Source: an uncultured Acidimicrobiales bacterium
GTDB lineage: Bacteria; Actinomycetota; Acidimicrobiia; Acidimicrobiales; Bin134
Assembly: GCA_951813325.1 (NCBI GenBank)
Contig: OX638350.1
Location: 853,029 to 917,028, forward strand
DNA length: 64,000 nt
Direction of reading: 5' to 3'
Position numbers and translations under genes: made by a program. Below the pieces are notes generated by a model. That model did not search any database and was not told the origin of the DNA. It saw nothing but the letters and a program-made list of their open reading frames with translations. Positions 52,853 to 62,395 of the stretch are shown here, piece by piece (the stretch's first letter is position 1; the number at the start of each line of letters is the position of its first letter).

Positions 52853-53995
52853 ATGGATCTGTCGTTCACCCCGGCGGAAGAGGAGTTCCGGGAGGAGGCC
52901 CGCACCTGGCTGGCCGAGAACGTGCCCGCTGAGCCGTTGGCGTCGATGGACACTGCCGGCGGGTTCGAGGAGCACCGGGCGTGGGAGCACATCTTGTTCG
53001 ACGCCGGGTGGGCGGTGGTGTCGTGGCCCGAGCGCTACGGCGGCCGGGAGGCCTCCCTGGTGGAGTGGCTGATCTTCGAGGAGGAGTACTGGGCGTCGGG
53101 GGCGCCGGGACGGGTGTCGTCCAACGGGGTGAGCCTGTTGGCTCCCACCATTTTCGACTTCGGCACCCCCGAGCAGCAGGACCGCTTCTTGCGGTCCATG
53201 GCTCGAGGCGACGAGATCTGGGCCCAGGGCTGGTCGGAGCCCGACGCCGGCTCCGACCTGGCCGGAATCAAGACCAAGGCCCGGCGCGACGGCGAGTACT
53301 TTGTGATCGACGGCCAGAAGACCTGGTGCTCTCGCGGGGCGTTCGCCGACTGGTTCTTCTGCCTGGTGCGCTCCGACCCCGATTCCGAGCGCCACGCCGG
53401 GCTGAGCTATCTGCTGGTTCCCGTCGACACCGAGGGCTTCGAGGCCCGGGCCGTCGGCCGTTTGGACGGCGAACCCGGTTTCGCCGAGCTGTTCTTCGAG
53501 GGCGCCCGGGTGCACGAGCGCCATCTGCTGGGCGGCGAGGGCGAGGGCTGGGCGGTGGCCATGGCCACCACCGGCAGCGAGCGGGGGCTGAACCTGCGGG
53601 CGCCGGGCCGGTTCACAGCCGCCGCCGATCGCCTGGTAGGCCTCTACAAGGAGCTGGCCGACAGCCAGGGCCCCGACCTGGATCGGCGCGATCAGGTGGT
53701 GGGCGCCTGGATGGGGGCCCAGGCCTATCGCTGGCAGACTTACGCCACCGAGGCTCGCCTGCGGGGCGGTACCCCCATCGGCTCGGAGGCCAGCTTCATG
53801 AAGGTGCTCTGGTCGGAGCTGGATGTGGAGCTGCACGCCACCGCTCTGCGGCTGTTGGGGCGAGACGGGGAGCGGGCCGACAGCTCGTGGATGGACGGCT
53901 ATGTGTTCGCGCTGTCCGGCCCCATCTATGCTGGCACCAACGAGATCCAAAGAAACATCATCTCCGAGCGGGTTCTCGGGCTTCCGAGGCGGTAG
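52853..53995 (+). CDS. Acyl-CoA dehydrogenase (alpha-type member of a tandem pair)
   Basis: 380-aa ORF with WAQGWSEPDAGSDLAG and C-terminal IYAGTNEIQRNIISERVLGLP. Confidence 0.9.
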   Translation: MDLSFTPAEEEFREEARTWLAENVPAEPLASMDTAGGFEEHRAWEHILFDAGWAVVSWPERYGGREASLVEWLIFEEEYWASGAPGRVSSNGVSLLAPTIFDFGTPEQQDRFLRSMARGDEIWAQGWSEPDAGSDLAGIKTKARRDGEYFVIDGQKTWCSRGAFADWFFCLVRSDPDSERHAGLSYLLVPVDTEGFEARAVGRLDGEPGFAELFFEGARVHERHLLGGEGEGWAVAMATTGSERGLNLRAPGRFTAAADRLVGLYKELADSQGPDLDRRDQVVGAWMGAQAYRWQTYATEARLRGGTPIGSEASFMKVLWSELDVELHATALRLLGRDGERADSSWMDGYVFALSGPIYAGTNEIQRNIISERVLGLPRR

Positions 53996-53997
53996 GC

Positions 53998-54978
53998 GTG
54001 GATTTCTCATTCAGCGACGACCAGATCATGTTCCAGGAGGCAGTGCGGGACTTTCTGACCAACGAGTGTCCGGCTGAGGTGGTGAGATCGGCCTGGGAGA
54101 ACGACACTGGCCGCACCGACGGCCTGTGGGTTGCGCTGGCCGAGATGGGCGTGGTGGGCATGACCGCCCCTGAGTCGGCCGGCGGGCTGGGGATGGATGA
54201 GACCGACTTGGTGCTGTTGTTGGAGGAGGCCGGCCGAGCTGCGTTGCCCGAGCCCTTGCTGGAGCACACCGCGGTGGGGATTCCCACACTGGCCGAAGCT
54301 GGCGGATCTCTCGGCGAAGCTTGGCTGGAGCGGGCCGCGGCCGGGGAGGCAACGCTGGGCGCCAGCGCCTATGGCGGCTACGCGGTGGGAGCGGCATCCA
54401 GCGATCTGGTGCTGCTCATCGGCGATCAGGTGCTGGCCGTGCCGGTGGACGGTGCGTCGCTGGTTGAGCACAGATCGGTAGACGGGTCCCGACGCTTGTT
54501 CGAAGTAGACGGAGACGCGGCGGTGATCGACGCCGACCCCGCCCTGGCCTTCGACCGGGCTGCCGCCGCCGCCGCCGCCCAGTGCGTCGGCGTGGCCCAG
54601 CATCTGCTGGACGCCACCGTGGAGTACGTGGCCCAGCGCTACCAGTTCGGCAAGCCGGTGGGCACCTACCAGGCGGTCAAGCACCACCTGGCCAACGCCG
54701 CCCTCAAGATCGAGTTCGCCCGCCCCGCGGCTCGCCACGCGGCCTGGTGTATAGCTGTCGGCGATCCCGATCGCAGCCGGGACGTGTCGCTGGCCAAGGC
54801 CCTGGCCTCCGAGGCGGTGGACCTGGCTGCCCGCACCGCGCTCCAGTGCCACGGCGCCATCGGGTACACCTTCGAGTACGACCTGCACCTGTGGATGAAG
54901 CGGGGCTGGGCCCTCTCCGCCACCTGGGGCGACGCCGCCTGGCACCGCAACCGCATTGCCGCTGCACTGGGTATCTGA
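53998..54978 (+). CDS. Acyl-CoA dehydrogenase family protein (shorter, beta-type member of the pair)
   Basis: GTG 53998, 2 nt after the upstream stop (VDFSFSDDQIMFQEAVRDF…). C-terminal HGAIGYTFEYDLHLWMKRGWAL. The track ORF from 52981 is an over-extension in the same frame. Confidence 0.85.
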   Translation: MDFSFSDDQIMFQEAVRDFLTNECPAEVVRSAWENDTGRTDGLWVALAEMGVVGMTAPESAGGLGMDETDLVLLLEEAGRAALPEPLLEHTAVGIPTLAEAGGSLGEAWLERAAAGEATLGASAYGGYAVGAASSDLVLLIGDQVLAVPVDGASLVEHRSVDGSRRLFEVDGDAAVIDADPALAFDRAAAAAAAQCVGVAQHLLDATVEYVAQRYQFGKPVGTYQAVKHHLANAALKIEFARPAARHAAWCIAVGDPDRSRDVSLAKALASEAVDLAARTALQCHGAIGYTFEYDLHLWMKRGWALSATWGDAAWHRNRIAAALGI

Positions 54979-55040
54979 AGCGCTACCCAGTCCATGGCTC
55001 AACCGGTTGTGCCCGTCCGATGTGGAGTAGCGTGACGGAG

Positions 55041-55850
55041 ATGAGCGCACAGGGTGCCACCGCGGTGGTCGAGCGTCCCGCCGGTTCGGATCAGCCCCTC
55101 TTGGCGGTTGAGGGGGTCACCGTGCGCTTCGGCGGCGTAGTAGCGGTGCACAACGCGTCGATGTCGGTGCCGACCGGCCAGGTCAGAGGTCTCATCGGGC
55201 CCAACGGCGCCGGCAAGACCACCCTGTTCGACAGCATCACCGGAGTGAACACCCCTGCGGCCGGCACGATCCGGCTGGAGGGAGCGGACATCACCGACCG
55301 CCCGGCCACATGGCGGGCCCGCCGGGGCATCCGCCGCACCTTCCAGCGCCAGCAGCCCTTCGGATGGCTGTCGGTGGCCGACAACGTGCTGGCCGCATTG
55401 GAGTGGGAGGGGGGCGGGGGCGGCATCGCCGCCGACTTGGTCGCCTGGCCCACCCGCCGCCGCATCGAGAAGCAGCGCCGCCAGCGGGTAGACGAAGTGC
55501 TGGAGCTTTGCGGCCTCACCGATATCCGCGAGACCCCGGCAGGGGAGCTGCCCATCGCCCGGGCCCGCATGGTGGAGCTGGGCCGGGCGATCGTGTCCCG
55601 CCCCAAGCTCCTGCTGCTGGATGAGCCCACCTCGGGAATCGAGCACGAAGAGGCCGAACAGCTCGGCGAGATCATCCAGACCATCCGGTCACAAGACCAG
55701 TGCTCGGTGCTTTTGGTGGAGCACGACGTGGCCTTCGTCATGGCCCACTGCGACCTGATCACCGTGTTGAACTTGGGCCAGGTGATCGGCGAGGGGTCGC
55801 CCGAGGAAGTCCGCAACAACCCGGCCGTCCGCGACGCCTACTTGGGATAG
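55041..55850 (+). CDS. ABC transporter ATP-binding protein, LivG-like, with a divergent signature motif
   Basis: Walker A GPNGAGKTT, Q-loop RTFQ, Walker B LLLLDEPTSG, H-loop LLVEHD and a LivG-type C-terminus NNPAVRDAYLG. Where LivG has LAYGxQRRLEIAR, this protein has LPIARARMVELGR. Start is 55041 or 55020. Confidence 0.85.
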   Translation: MSAQGATAVVERPAGSDQPLLAVEGVTVRFGGVVAVHNASMSVPTGQVRGLIGPNGAGKTTLFDSITGVNTPAAGTIRLEGADITDRPATWRARRGIRRTFQRQQPFGWLSVADNVLAALEWEGGGGGIAADLVAWPTRRRIEKQRRQRVDEVLELCGLTDIRETPAGELPIARARMVELGRAIVSRPKLLLLDEPTSGIEHEEAEQLGEIIQTIRSQDQCSVLLVEHDVAFVMAHCDLITVLNLGQVIGEGSPEEVRNNPAVRDAYLG

Positions 55851-55863
55851 CTGTAGCCGTCCC

Positions 55864-56313
55864 ATGCAGACCATTTCTTCATCCACACCGATTGCCGCAC
55901 CCCAACAAGTTGCTTGGGAGGTGATGACCGACCATGAGCTGTATGCCCGCTGGGTTCCCCGCTCGGTGGTCGATCTGGAGGTCGAGGGCTCGCCCGATCG
56001 CAACGGTGTCGGCGCCATCCGGGTATTCCACATCGGCCCGGTGCGCACTCGCGAGGAGATCACCACCTTCGACCCGCCTCACCGCATGGCGTACCGGGTG
56101 CTGAGCCTGCCCTTGCCGGTGCGCAACTGCCGTTCTGATTTGCTGCTGGTGAGCGACGAGGACGGCAACGGCTGCACGCTTCACTGGGACTCCTGGTTCG
56201 AGACGGTGATCCCGCTGACCGGCGGAATCATGCGCCAGCTCATGGGATCGTCGACGGCCAAGATGGCTGCCGGTATCGCCGAGGAGGCCCAGCGCCGAGC
56301 CCCATCGGCGTGA
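55864..56313 (+). CDS. SRPBCC-superfamily (START/polyketide-cyclase-like) ligand-binding protein
   Basis: 149-aa ORF with …IAAPQQVAWEVMTDHELYARWVP…RMAYRVL…. Assigned from overall pattern. Confidence 0.7.
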   Translation: MQTISSSTPIAAPQQVAWEVMTDHELYARWVPRSVVDLEVEGSPDRNGVGAIRVFHIGPVRTREEITTFDPPHRMAYRVLSLPLPVRNCRSDLLLVSDEDGNGCTLHWDSWFETVIPLTGGIMRQLMGSSTAKMAAGIAEEAQRRAPSA

Positions 56314-56365
56314 GCTGCTGTCGCAATGCGCCGCGGAGCGCGGCCGAGCTGCCGGGCCGAGGGGC

Positions 56366-56773
56366 GTGAGCTCGTCGGGGCGGCTCCGAGCACCCGTCCT
56401 GCTGCCCCCCGCACTGGAAGTGAGCTACGACACCGACGAACGCGGACATCCCACCGTGACCGCGGTGGTGAACCTGGGTGAGGACTACCAGGGTCCTCCT
56501 GGCAGCGTCCACGGCGGGTACTTGGCCGCCATGTTCGACAATCTCCTGGGGATTCTGCCCTACCGGTTGACCGGCAGCAGGGGGACCTTCACCGGCCGGC
56601 TGACCGTTCGGTATCGGGCGCTAACACCGCTCAACAAGGATCTGGTTCTCACCGGCAAGGTGACCGATGCCCGCAGCCGGCGGGTCACCGCCACGGGTCA
56701 ATGCCATGCCGATGGCGTCCTCACTGCCGAGGCCGAAGGCCTGTTCGTGCGCCCGGCCTCCGATCGTCGATGA
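56366..56773 (+). CDS. PaaI-family hotdog-fold thioesterase
   Basis: 135-aa ORF with GSVHGGYLAAMFDNLLG and a C-terminal hotdog strand pattern. GTG start. Confidence 0.8.
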   Translation: MSSSGRLRAPVLLPPALEVSYDTDERGHPTVTAVVNLGEDYQGPPGSVHGGYLAAMFDNLLGILPYRLTGSRGTFTGRLTVRYRALTPLNKDLVLTGKVTDARSRRVTATGQCHADGVLTAEAEGLFVRPASDRR

Positions 56774-57288
56774 GCGTTTCCGACAGCCGCCCAGTAGTGG
56801 TAATGCTGTGCACCGGCAACGCCGCTCGCTCGGTGATGGCCACCGTCATCGGCCGGGACCGGACCGACGAAGTGCGTTTCGTCGGCGCGGGCACCCACAG
56901 CATCGAGGGCCTGCCCATGAGTGGTCGAACCCGGCGGGCACTGGAAACCCTGGGGTTGGCCGACGGCACCCATCGCAGCCACCAGCTCACTGCAGATGAT
57001 GTTCATGGTGCCGATCTCATCGTGGCCTTCGCCCCCGAGCATGTTGACTACGTGCGCCGAGTCCATCCCGGGGCCGCCGGGCGCACCGCCACCATCAAGC
57101 GTCTGGTGGCCGATTTGAAGGCTGGCTCTGATCCGCTGGCCCAGCGGGTTGCAGCCCTCAACCTGGCCGATGCCAAGGTTCCACGGGATGAGGAAGTGGT
57201 CGACCCCGGGGGAGGAGAGGACTACGAGTTCGTGGCTTGCGTCCGAGAGATCGACGCTCTGATGGACCAACTACTGCCGCTCCTCTGA
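56770..57288 (+). CDS. Low-molecular-weight phosphotyrosine phosphatase / ArsC-LMWP family
   Basis: VVVMLCTGNAARSVMA (CX5R-S P-loop). ATG 56770 overlaps the thioesterase stop (ATGA). The track ORF starts at 56701. Confidence 0.85.
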   Translation: MSVSDSRPVVVMLCTGNAARSVMATVIGRDRTDEVRFVGAGTHSIEGLPMSGRTRRALETLGLADGTHRSHQLTADDVHGADLIVAFAPEHVDYVRRVHPGAAGRTATIKRLVADLKAGSDPLAQRVAALNLADAKVPRDEEVVDPGGGEDYEFVACVREIDALMDQLLPLL

Positions 57289-57309
57289 GGGTCGATACCA
57301 TCGCAGCCG

Positions 57310-58503
57310 ATGGACATTCGATTCACCGCGGAAGAGGCCGCGTTCCGCGACGAGCTGCGCGTCTGGCTCACCGATGTGCTGCCCACGCTGGGCGACCCGC
57401 CGGACAGCGACGATTGGCCCGCCCGGCGGGAGTGGGACACCGGCTGGCAGCGGATGCTGTACGACGCCGGGTATGCGGGCATCAATTGGCCTTCGGAGTT
57501 CGGCGGCCGAGGGTCCACTCCCACCGAGCACCTGATTTTCTTGGAAGAGACCACCCGGATGGGTGCCCCCTACGTGGGGATGAACTTCGTGGGCCAGCTC
57601 CACGCCGGACCCACCCTCATCCTCGAAGCCACTCCTGAACAGCAGGCCCGCCACTTGCCCGCCATGTTGAAGGGCGAGGAGGTGTGGTGCCAGGGGTTCT
57701 CCGAGCCCAACGCCGGGTCCGACCTGGCCTCGCTGTCCACCCGGGCCATACGCGACGGTGACCACTACGTGGTTACCGGCCAGAAGATCTGGACGTCTTT
57801 CGGCCACGTGGCCGACTACTGCGAGTTGCTGGTGCGCACCGACACCGAGGCACCCAAACACCGGGGCATCACCTGGCTGATCTGCCCGATGGACCTGCCC
57901 GGCATCGAGGTCCGCCCCATCACCACCGTGGCCGGCTCCAGCGAATTCTGCGAGGTGTTCTTCGACGAGGTCCGCATCCCGGTGGAAAACCGGGTGGGCC
58001 ACGAGAACGACGGTTGGCGGGTGGCCATGGTCACCTTCAGCTTCGAGCGCGGCACCGCCTTCATCAGCGAACTGCTCGGCACCATGAACCAACTGGCCGA
58101 GATGGCCGATATCGCCCGCAATATTTCCTGCAACGGATCTTTGGCCTGGGACGACGACGAAATTCGCCGGGAGATCGGTCGCCTTCAAGCCGAATACGAC
58201 GCCCTGTGGGCGCTGACCAAACGGGTGGTGTCGCAAGCCCAGCGCACCGGGATGCCCGGACCGGGTGGCTCGGTGTTCAAGCTCTACTACGCCGACGTGA
58301 AAAAGCGCATGGCCGATTTGGCCCACCGCATGCTGGAGCGGGAGGCCCTGGTGTTTGGCAGCGAAGCCGGCGATGAGCAGACCGGCGGCGACATGGTGGC
58401 CAGCCGTCTGTACGTCCTCAGTCTGTCGATAGCGGCGGGCACCTCCGAGATTCAACGAAACATCATCGGCGAGCGCATCCTGGGCTTGCCCAAGGAGCGG
58501 TAG
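57310..58503 (+). CDS. Acyl-CoA dehydrogenase (alpha-type member of second tandem pair)
   Basis: 397-aa ORF with WCQGFSEPNAGSDLAS and C-terminal IAAGTSEIQRNIIGERILGLP. Confidence 0.9.
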   Translation: MDIRFTAEEAAFRDELRVWLTDVLPTLGDPPDSDDWPARREWDTGWQRMLYDAGYAGINWPSEFGGRGSTPTEHLIFLEETTRMGAPYVGMNFVGQLHAGPTLILEATPEQQARHLPAMLKGEEVWCQGFSEPNAGSDLASLSTRAIRDGDHYVVTGQKIWTSFGHVADYCELLVRTDTEAPKHRGITWLICPMDLPGIEVRPITTVAGSSEFCEVFFDEVRIPVENRVGHENDGWRVAMVTFSFERGTAFISELLGTMNQLAEMADIARNISCNGSLAWDDDEIRREIGRLQAEYDALWALTKRVVSQAQRTGMPGPGGSVFKLYYADVKKRMADLAHRMLEREALVFGSEAGDEQTGGDMVASRLYVLSLSIAAGTSEIQRNIIGERILGLPKER

Positions 58504-59529
58504 ATGGACTTCGAGCTGACCGACGACCAAGTCGCGCTGAGCGACGGTATCCGGGACCTGTGCCAGGGCCGCTTCGACATCGACACCGTGCGGGGCCTGG
58601 CCGACTGCGGTGGGGTGGACCGCCGCCTCTGGGCAGAGCTGGCCGACACCGGCGTATTCTCGCTTGTGGTGCCCGAAGAAGACGGCGGGGTCGGCTTGGG
58701 CTGGGCCGAGGCTGGGCTTGTGTTCGAGCAGTTGGGCCGGTCCTTGGTGCCCGGACCGCTGGTGGGCACGCTGTTGGCCTCCGGGAGGACTGACGACGCC
58801 GTGGTCGGCCTCATCGAGCGTCCCATCGGGCCCGCATTGGTGGAGTATCCGGACGTGATTGACGCCCTGCTGGTGGTGGACAAAGACGGCGTGTGGCGGG
58901 TGGACGCCGCTGCCCTGTCGTTCGAAGCCGCCCATTCAGTGGACCCGCTGACGCCGGTGGGGCGGGTGGCCGTGCTGCCCCAGGGAGAGGCAGTGGTCGA
59001 CCACTGCTACGGCTGGGCCAATAGGGCGGTGTTCCTTTACTCGGCCCTCCAAGTTGGCCTGGCCACCGGCGCCCGGGAGCTGGCCGTGGCCTATGCCCAG
59101 GAGCGCCAGCAGTTCGGCAAGCCCATCGGCCAGTTCCAGGCGGTCAAGCACATGTGCGCCGACATGTACAGCCGGGAAGAGGTGGCCCGAGCCGCCCTGT
59201 ACTACGCCGGCTGCGCGATGGACGCCACCCATGGTCCCGGCCTGCCCGCGGACCCCGGCAACTATCTGTACTTCGAGGGCAACACGAATGATCCTGGCGA
59301 CGTGCGAGGCGATCGCGAGCACGAGGTAATGGTGCGGGCGATATCGGGAGCTCGCATCCTGGCGGCAGAGGCCGCCGACCACAACGGCAAGGATTGCGTT
59401 CAGATCCACGGCGGCATGGGCTTCACCTGGGAGATCGACGCCCACCTCTACCTCAAGCGGGCCTGGGCGCTCACCCCCTGTTTCGGATCGCTCGACGAGC
59501 ACGCCGAGCGCATCGCCGCGATGGTCTAG
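58504..59529 (+). CDS. Acyl-CoA dehydrogenase family protein (beta-type member of second pair)
   Basis: 341-aa ORF starting immediately after the upstream TAG. Contains YAQERQQFGKPIGQFQAVKH and HGGMGFTWEIDAHLYLKRAWAL. Confidence 0.88.
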   Translation: MDFELTDDQVALSDGIRDLCQGRFDIDTVRGLADCGGVDRRLWAELADTGVFSLVVPEEDGGVGLGWAEAGLVFEQLGRSLVPGPLVGTLLASGRTDDAVVGLIERPIGPALVEYPDVIDALLVVDKDGVWRVDAAALSFEAAHSVDPLTPVGRVAVLPQGEAVVDHCYGWANRAVFLYSALQVGLATGARELAVAYAQERQQFGKPIGQFQAVKHMCADMYSREEVARAALYYAGCAMDATHGPGLPADPGNYLYFEGNTNDPGDVRGDREHEVMVRAISGARILAAEAADHNGKDCVQIHGGMGFTWEIDAHLYLKRAWALTPCFGSLDEHAERIAAMV

Positions 59530-60815
59530 TGGTCTGTGGCGGGCGTCTGCGGGGAAAACCGATAGACCACGTTGTCTCGGGAGGCAAGGGTGTCTTCGGG
59601 GTTCAGGTGCTCGATGATCGCTATCTTCCCCGAGCCGCAATCCCCGAACGCATCGCAGTCGATGTCGCCGATGAGCCCCTGGTACCCGCCAATCTGGTTC
59701 AGGTACTGGCGGATTCCCGCCCTGTCGATCACGAGTCCGCGGCCATCAACTCGCGATGCGGCGGTGACGGCATCGAGCAGCAAGGTGGTGGCGTCGTAGG
59801 CATGGGCCCAGAAAGCCCGGTAGGGGGGCGCTCCCGTCTTGTTGCTGAACCGGTCGGCCGCTTGCTGGGCGTCCACGCCGGTGGCCTGGTTGGTGTTGCC
59901 GCCGAATTCCAAATCGGGGCCGGAGATAAACACGCCGCGTGATTCATCAAGTGCCAGGAAGGTGTCGTGGATGACGCCGTCGCCCGACGCCAGCACCGTG
60001 TCCTCGAACTCGCCATTGCGTCTCAATGCCACGATGAACTCGGCAGCCGTTTCCTCGGTGAGCGGGAAATACAGGGCGTCGGGATTGCCGGAGGCCAGTC
60101 GGGTCAGCACCTCGGCCAGATCGGCCGAGTCCGGGTTGATCTCAATGAAGTCAGTCACCGTGCCGCCGCGGCGCTCGAATGCGGTGCGGAAGGCCTGGGC
60201 CAGCCCCTTGGTATAGGCATCGCCCTCGTGGACGACCGCCGTACTCTGGGCCCGGATCGTATTGTGCAGAAAGGCGGACACCGCCTCACCCTGGTAGAGG
60301 TCGTTTTGACACGTGCGGTAGTACCCCTGCTGGTAGTACTGAGCGGGGTTGCCGGCCAGGTCGGAGGTGAGCAAGGGCGAGCTGTTTGACATGGAGATCA
60401 CCACCATGCCCGCGGCGGTGATCAACGGCACTGCGGTGGTGGCGGTTGCCGAACATGACGTGCCGATCACCCCCACAACTTCGTCGTCGGCTAGCACTTC
60501 CTCGGCGACTCTCGGGCCGTCGTCGGCAGAGCACCCGTCGTCGATGGCGTTGCCGAGATCTACGGTGAACCTGCCGTGGATGGGCCCGTAGTCTTCGATT
60601 GCGGTCTCGACCACGTGGACGTAGTCGCGGGCACCGGCGTCGTCATGCCCAATCGTGCTGACCGACCGGATCTGGATGGCCTCTCCCTCGCCCACTGTGA
60701 CGAACCCGAACGAGCCGTCGCCGAGGGCGGGAGTGTCGGCATCGCTGCACGCGGCGGCCATCAGCGAGACCGCCACCAGCATCGATGTGGCAGCAGGAAC
60801 GAAGCGGTTGGTCAT
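59526..60815 (-). CDS. ABC transporter substrate-binding lipoprotein (Leu/Ile/Val-binding, Peripla_BP_6-like)
   Basis: 429-aa ORF with signal peptide and lipobox LMAAAC. Overall type-I periplasmic-binding-protein pattern (…VIGTSCSATATTAVPLITAAGMVVIS…). Confidence 0.8.
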   Translation of the reverse strand: MTNRFVPAATSMLVAVSLMAAACSDADTPALGDGSFGFVTVGEGEAIQIRSVSTIGHDDAGARDYVHVVETAIEDYGPIHGRFTVDLGNAIDDGCSADDGPRVAEEVLADDEVVGVIGTSCSATATTAVPLITAAGMVVISMSNSSPLLTSDLAGNPAQYYQQGYYRTCQNDLYQGEAVSAFLHNTIRAQSTAVVHEGDAYTKGLAQAFRTAFERRGGTVTDFIEINPDSADLAEVLTRLASGNPDALYFPLTEETAAEFIVALRRNGEFEDTVLASGDGVIHDTFLALDESRGVFISGPDLEFGGNTNQATGVDAQQAADRFSNKTGAPPYRAFWAHAYDATTLLLDAVTAASRVDGRGLVIDRAGIRQYLNQIGGYQGLIGDIDCDAFGDCGSGKIAIIEHLNPEDTLASRDNVVYRFSPQTPATDH

Positions 60816-60890
60816 GGGGAGTTTCTAGTCGATTGCCAGCGGGTTGGTACGGTCATGCGATGAGCACCGCCGCGGGGGAGGGGACGGGTC

Positions 60891-61469
60891 TTGCCGCGGT
60901 GGGCTGAGCGCCTCCCACCCCACCTCGACCCCGAACTGGTGGAGGGCGGCGACACCCGCAACGTGGTGGACGCCTACCGCTTCTGGCGCCACGAGGCCAT
61001 CGTGGCCGACCTCGACGCCCGTTGCCACGGCTTCCATGTGGCGGTGGAGAACTGGCAGCACGACCTCAACATCGGGACCATGGTGCGCAACGCCAACGCC
61101 TTCGGGGCGGCTGCGGTGCACATCGTGGGTCGCCGCCGTTGGAATCGCCGGGGCGCCATGGTCACCGACCGCTACCTGCACGTCCTGCACCACCCTGGCT
61201 TGGACGATCTGATCGCCTGGGCTTCCGAGGCCGAATTGCCGATTTTGGGCATCGACAACGGCCCCGGAACCGTGCCCATTGAGGGGCACTCGCTGCCCGA
61301 GCGCTGTGTGCTGCTGTTCGGCCAGGAGGGGCCGGGCCTGTCACCCGAGGCGGTGGCGGCGTGTAAGGCCGTTCTGGCCATCACCCAGTTCGGCTCCACC
61401 CGTTCCATCAATGCCGGGGTGGCCTCGGGCATTGCCATGCACCGCTGGGTGTGCCAGCACGCCCTCTGA
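60891..61469 (+). CDS. TrmH/SpoU-family RNA 2'-O-methyltransferase
   Basis: 192-aa ORF with LNIGTMVRNANAFGA, LLFGQEGPGLS and FGSTRSINAGVASGIAMH (SPOUT knot motifs). TTG start is uncertain. Confidence 0.82.
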   Translation: MPRWAERLPPHLDPELVEGGDTRNVVDAYRFWRHEAIVADLDARCHGFHVAVENWQHDLNIGTMVRNANAFGAAAVHIVGRRRWNRRGAMVTDRYLHVLHHPGLDDLIAWASEAELPILGIDNGPGTVPIEGHSLPERCVLLFGQEGPGLSPEAVAACKAVLAITQFGSTRSINAGVASGIAMHRWVCQHAL

Positions 61470-61489
61470 GCGCTGGGCTAGTCCAGCGC

Positions 61490-62395
61490 TCAGGGCCGGG
61501 GCAGCAGGTTGCGGGGGAAGAGGTGGTCGAGCTCGTCGAGGGTCCAAGGTTCGACCTGGGAGTGGTCGCCCCGGTAGATGGCCCGCTCCTCCCGCAACTC
61601 GTTGAACACCGCCACCTGGCCACCAGCGGCATGGACCACGTGGCCGCTGACGTAGTCGGCCGCGTCGGTGCACAGCCACACCACCGCGGGAGCCACGTAC
61701 TCGGGCGGGGGAGTGGTGAGGTAGCTCTGCCACATCTCGTCGTCGATGATGCCCTGCTCGTGCCAGGCCTTGAATTCGTCGTGCGACTTGGCGTGCAGCC
61801 GGGTGGCCGCCCCCGGCGCCAGGCAGTTCACGGTCACCCCGGTGCCCGCCGTCTCGGTGGCCAGCGCCTTGGTCATGGAGATCACCCCGCCCATGGCCGC
61901 GGCGAACGCCGGCTGGCCCAGATCGCCCAGCGCCCCGTGCGAGGTGGTGTTCACCACCCGGCCCCAGCCCTGGGCTGCCATCAGCGGCACCGCGTGGCGG
62001 GCGATGTACCACTTCTGGGACATCTGCAACGCGATGGTCTTGTGGTACAGCTCGGGTGCCATCTCATAGATAGACCCTTCAATGGCCGCCCCCGCGCAGT
62101 TCACTGCAATGTCGATGCGCCCATAGGTGTCCACCGTCTGCTGCACCACATCTCCGGCGCCCTCGAAAGTAGCCACGTCGCTGTGGTTGGCCACCGCCGT
62201 GCCCCCCACCGCCTCGATGTCGGCCACCGTGCGGGCCGCATGGGAGTCGTCGGTCCCGTCGCCTAGCTCGTCGGTCCCCAGGTCGTTGACCACCACCTGC
62301 GCCCCATGCTCCGCCAACAACAGCGCAATGGCCCGCCCGATCCCATTGCCCGCCCCCGTGACCATCGCTGCTTTTCCATCAAGCCTCTTGCTCAT
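61490..62395 (-). CDS. SDR-family oxidoreductase (MFE-2/Hsd4A-like type)
   Basis: 301-aa ORF with VTGAGNGIGRAIALLLAEHGAQVVVNDLG. Paralogous in pattern to the 37129 and 38031 genes. Confidence 0.88.
   Translation of the reverse strand: MSKRLDGKAAMVTGAGNGIGRAIALLLAEHGAQVVVNDLGTDELGDGTDDSHAARTVADIEAVGGTAVANHSDVATFEGAGDVVQQTVDTYGRIDIAVNCAGAAIEGSIYEMAPELYHKTIALQMSQKWYIARHAVPLMAAQGWGRVVNTTSHGALGDLGQPAFAAAMGGVISMTKALATETAGTGVTVNCLAPGAATRLHAKSHDEFKAWHEQGIIDDEMWQSYLTTPPPEYVAPAVVWLCTDAADYVSGHVVHAAGGQVAVFNELREERAIYRGDHSQVEPWTLDELDHLFPRNLLPRP

Noticed and set aside
52610-54010. 466-aa minus-strand ORF; similar long antisense ORFs at 57271-58935, 15056-16381, 28850-29857 and 8828-9919
   Set aside because: All lie opposite genes with strong family motifs (ACADs, MFS, acyl-CoA synthetase, kinase-fold protein). 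None has a recognisable motif of its own.
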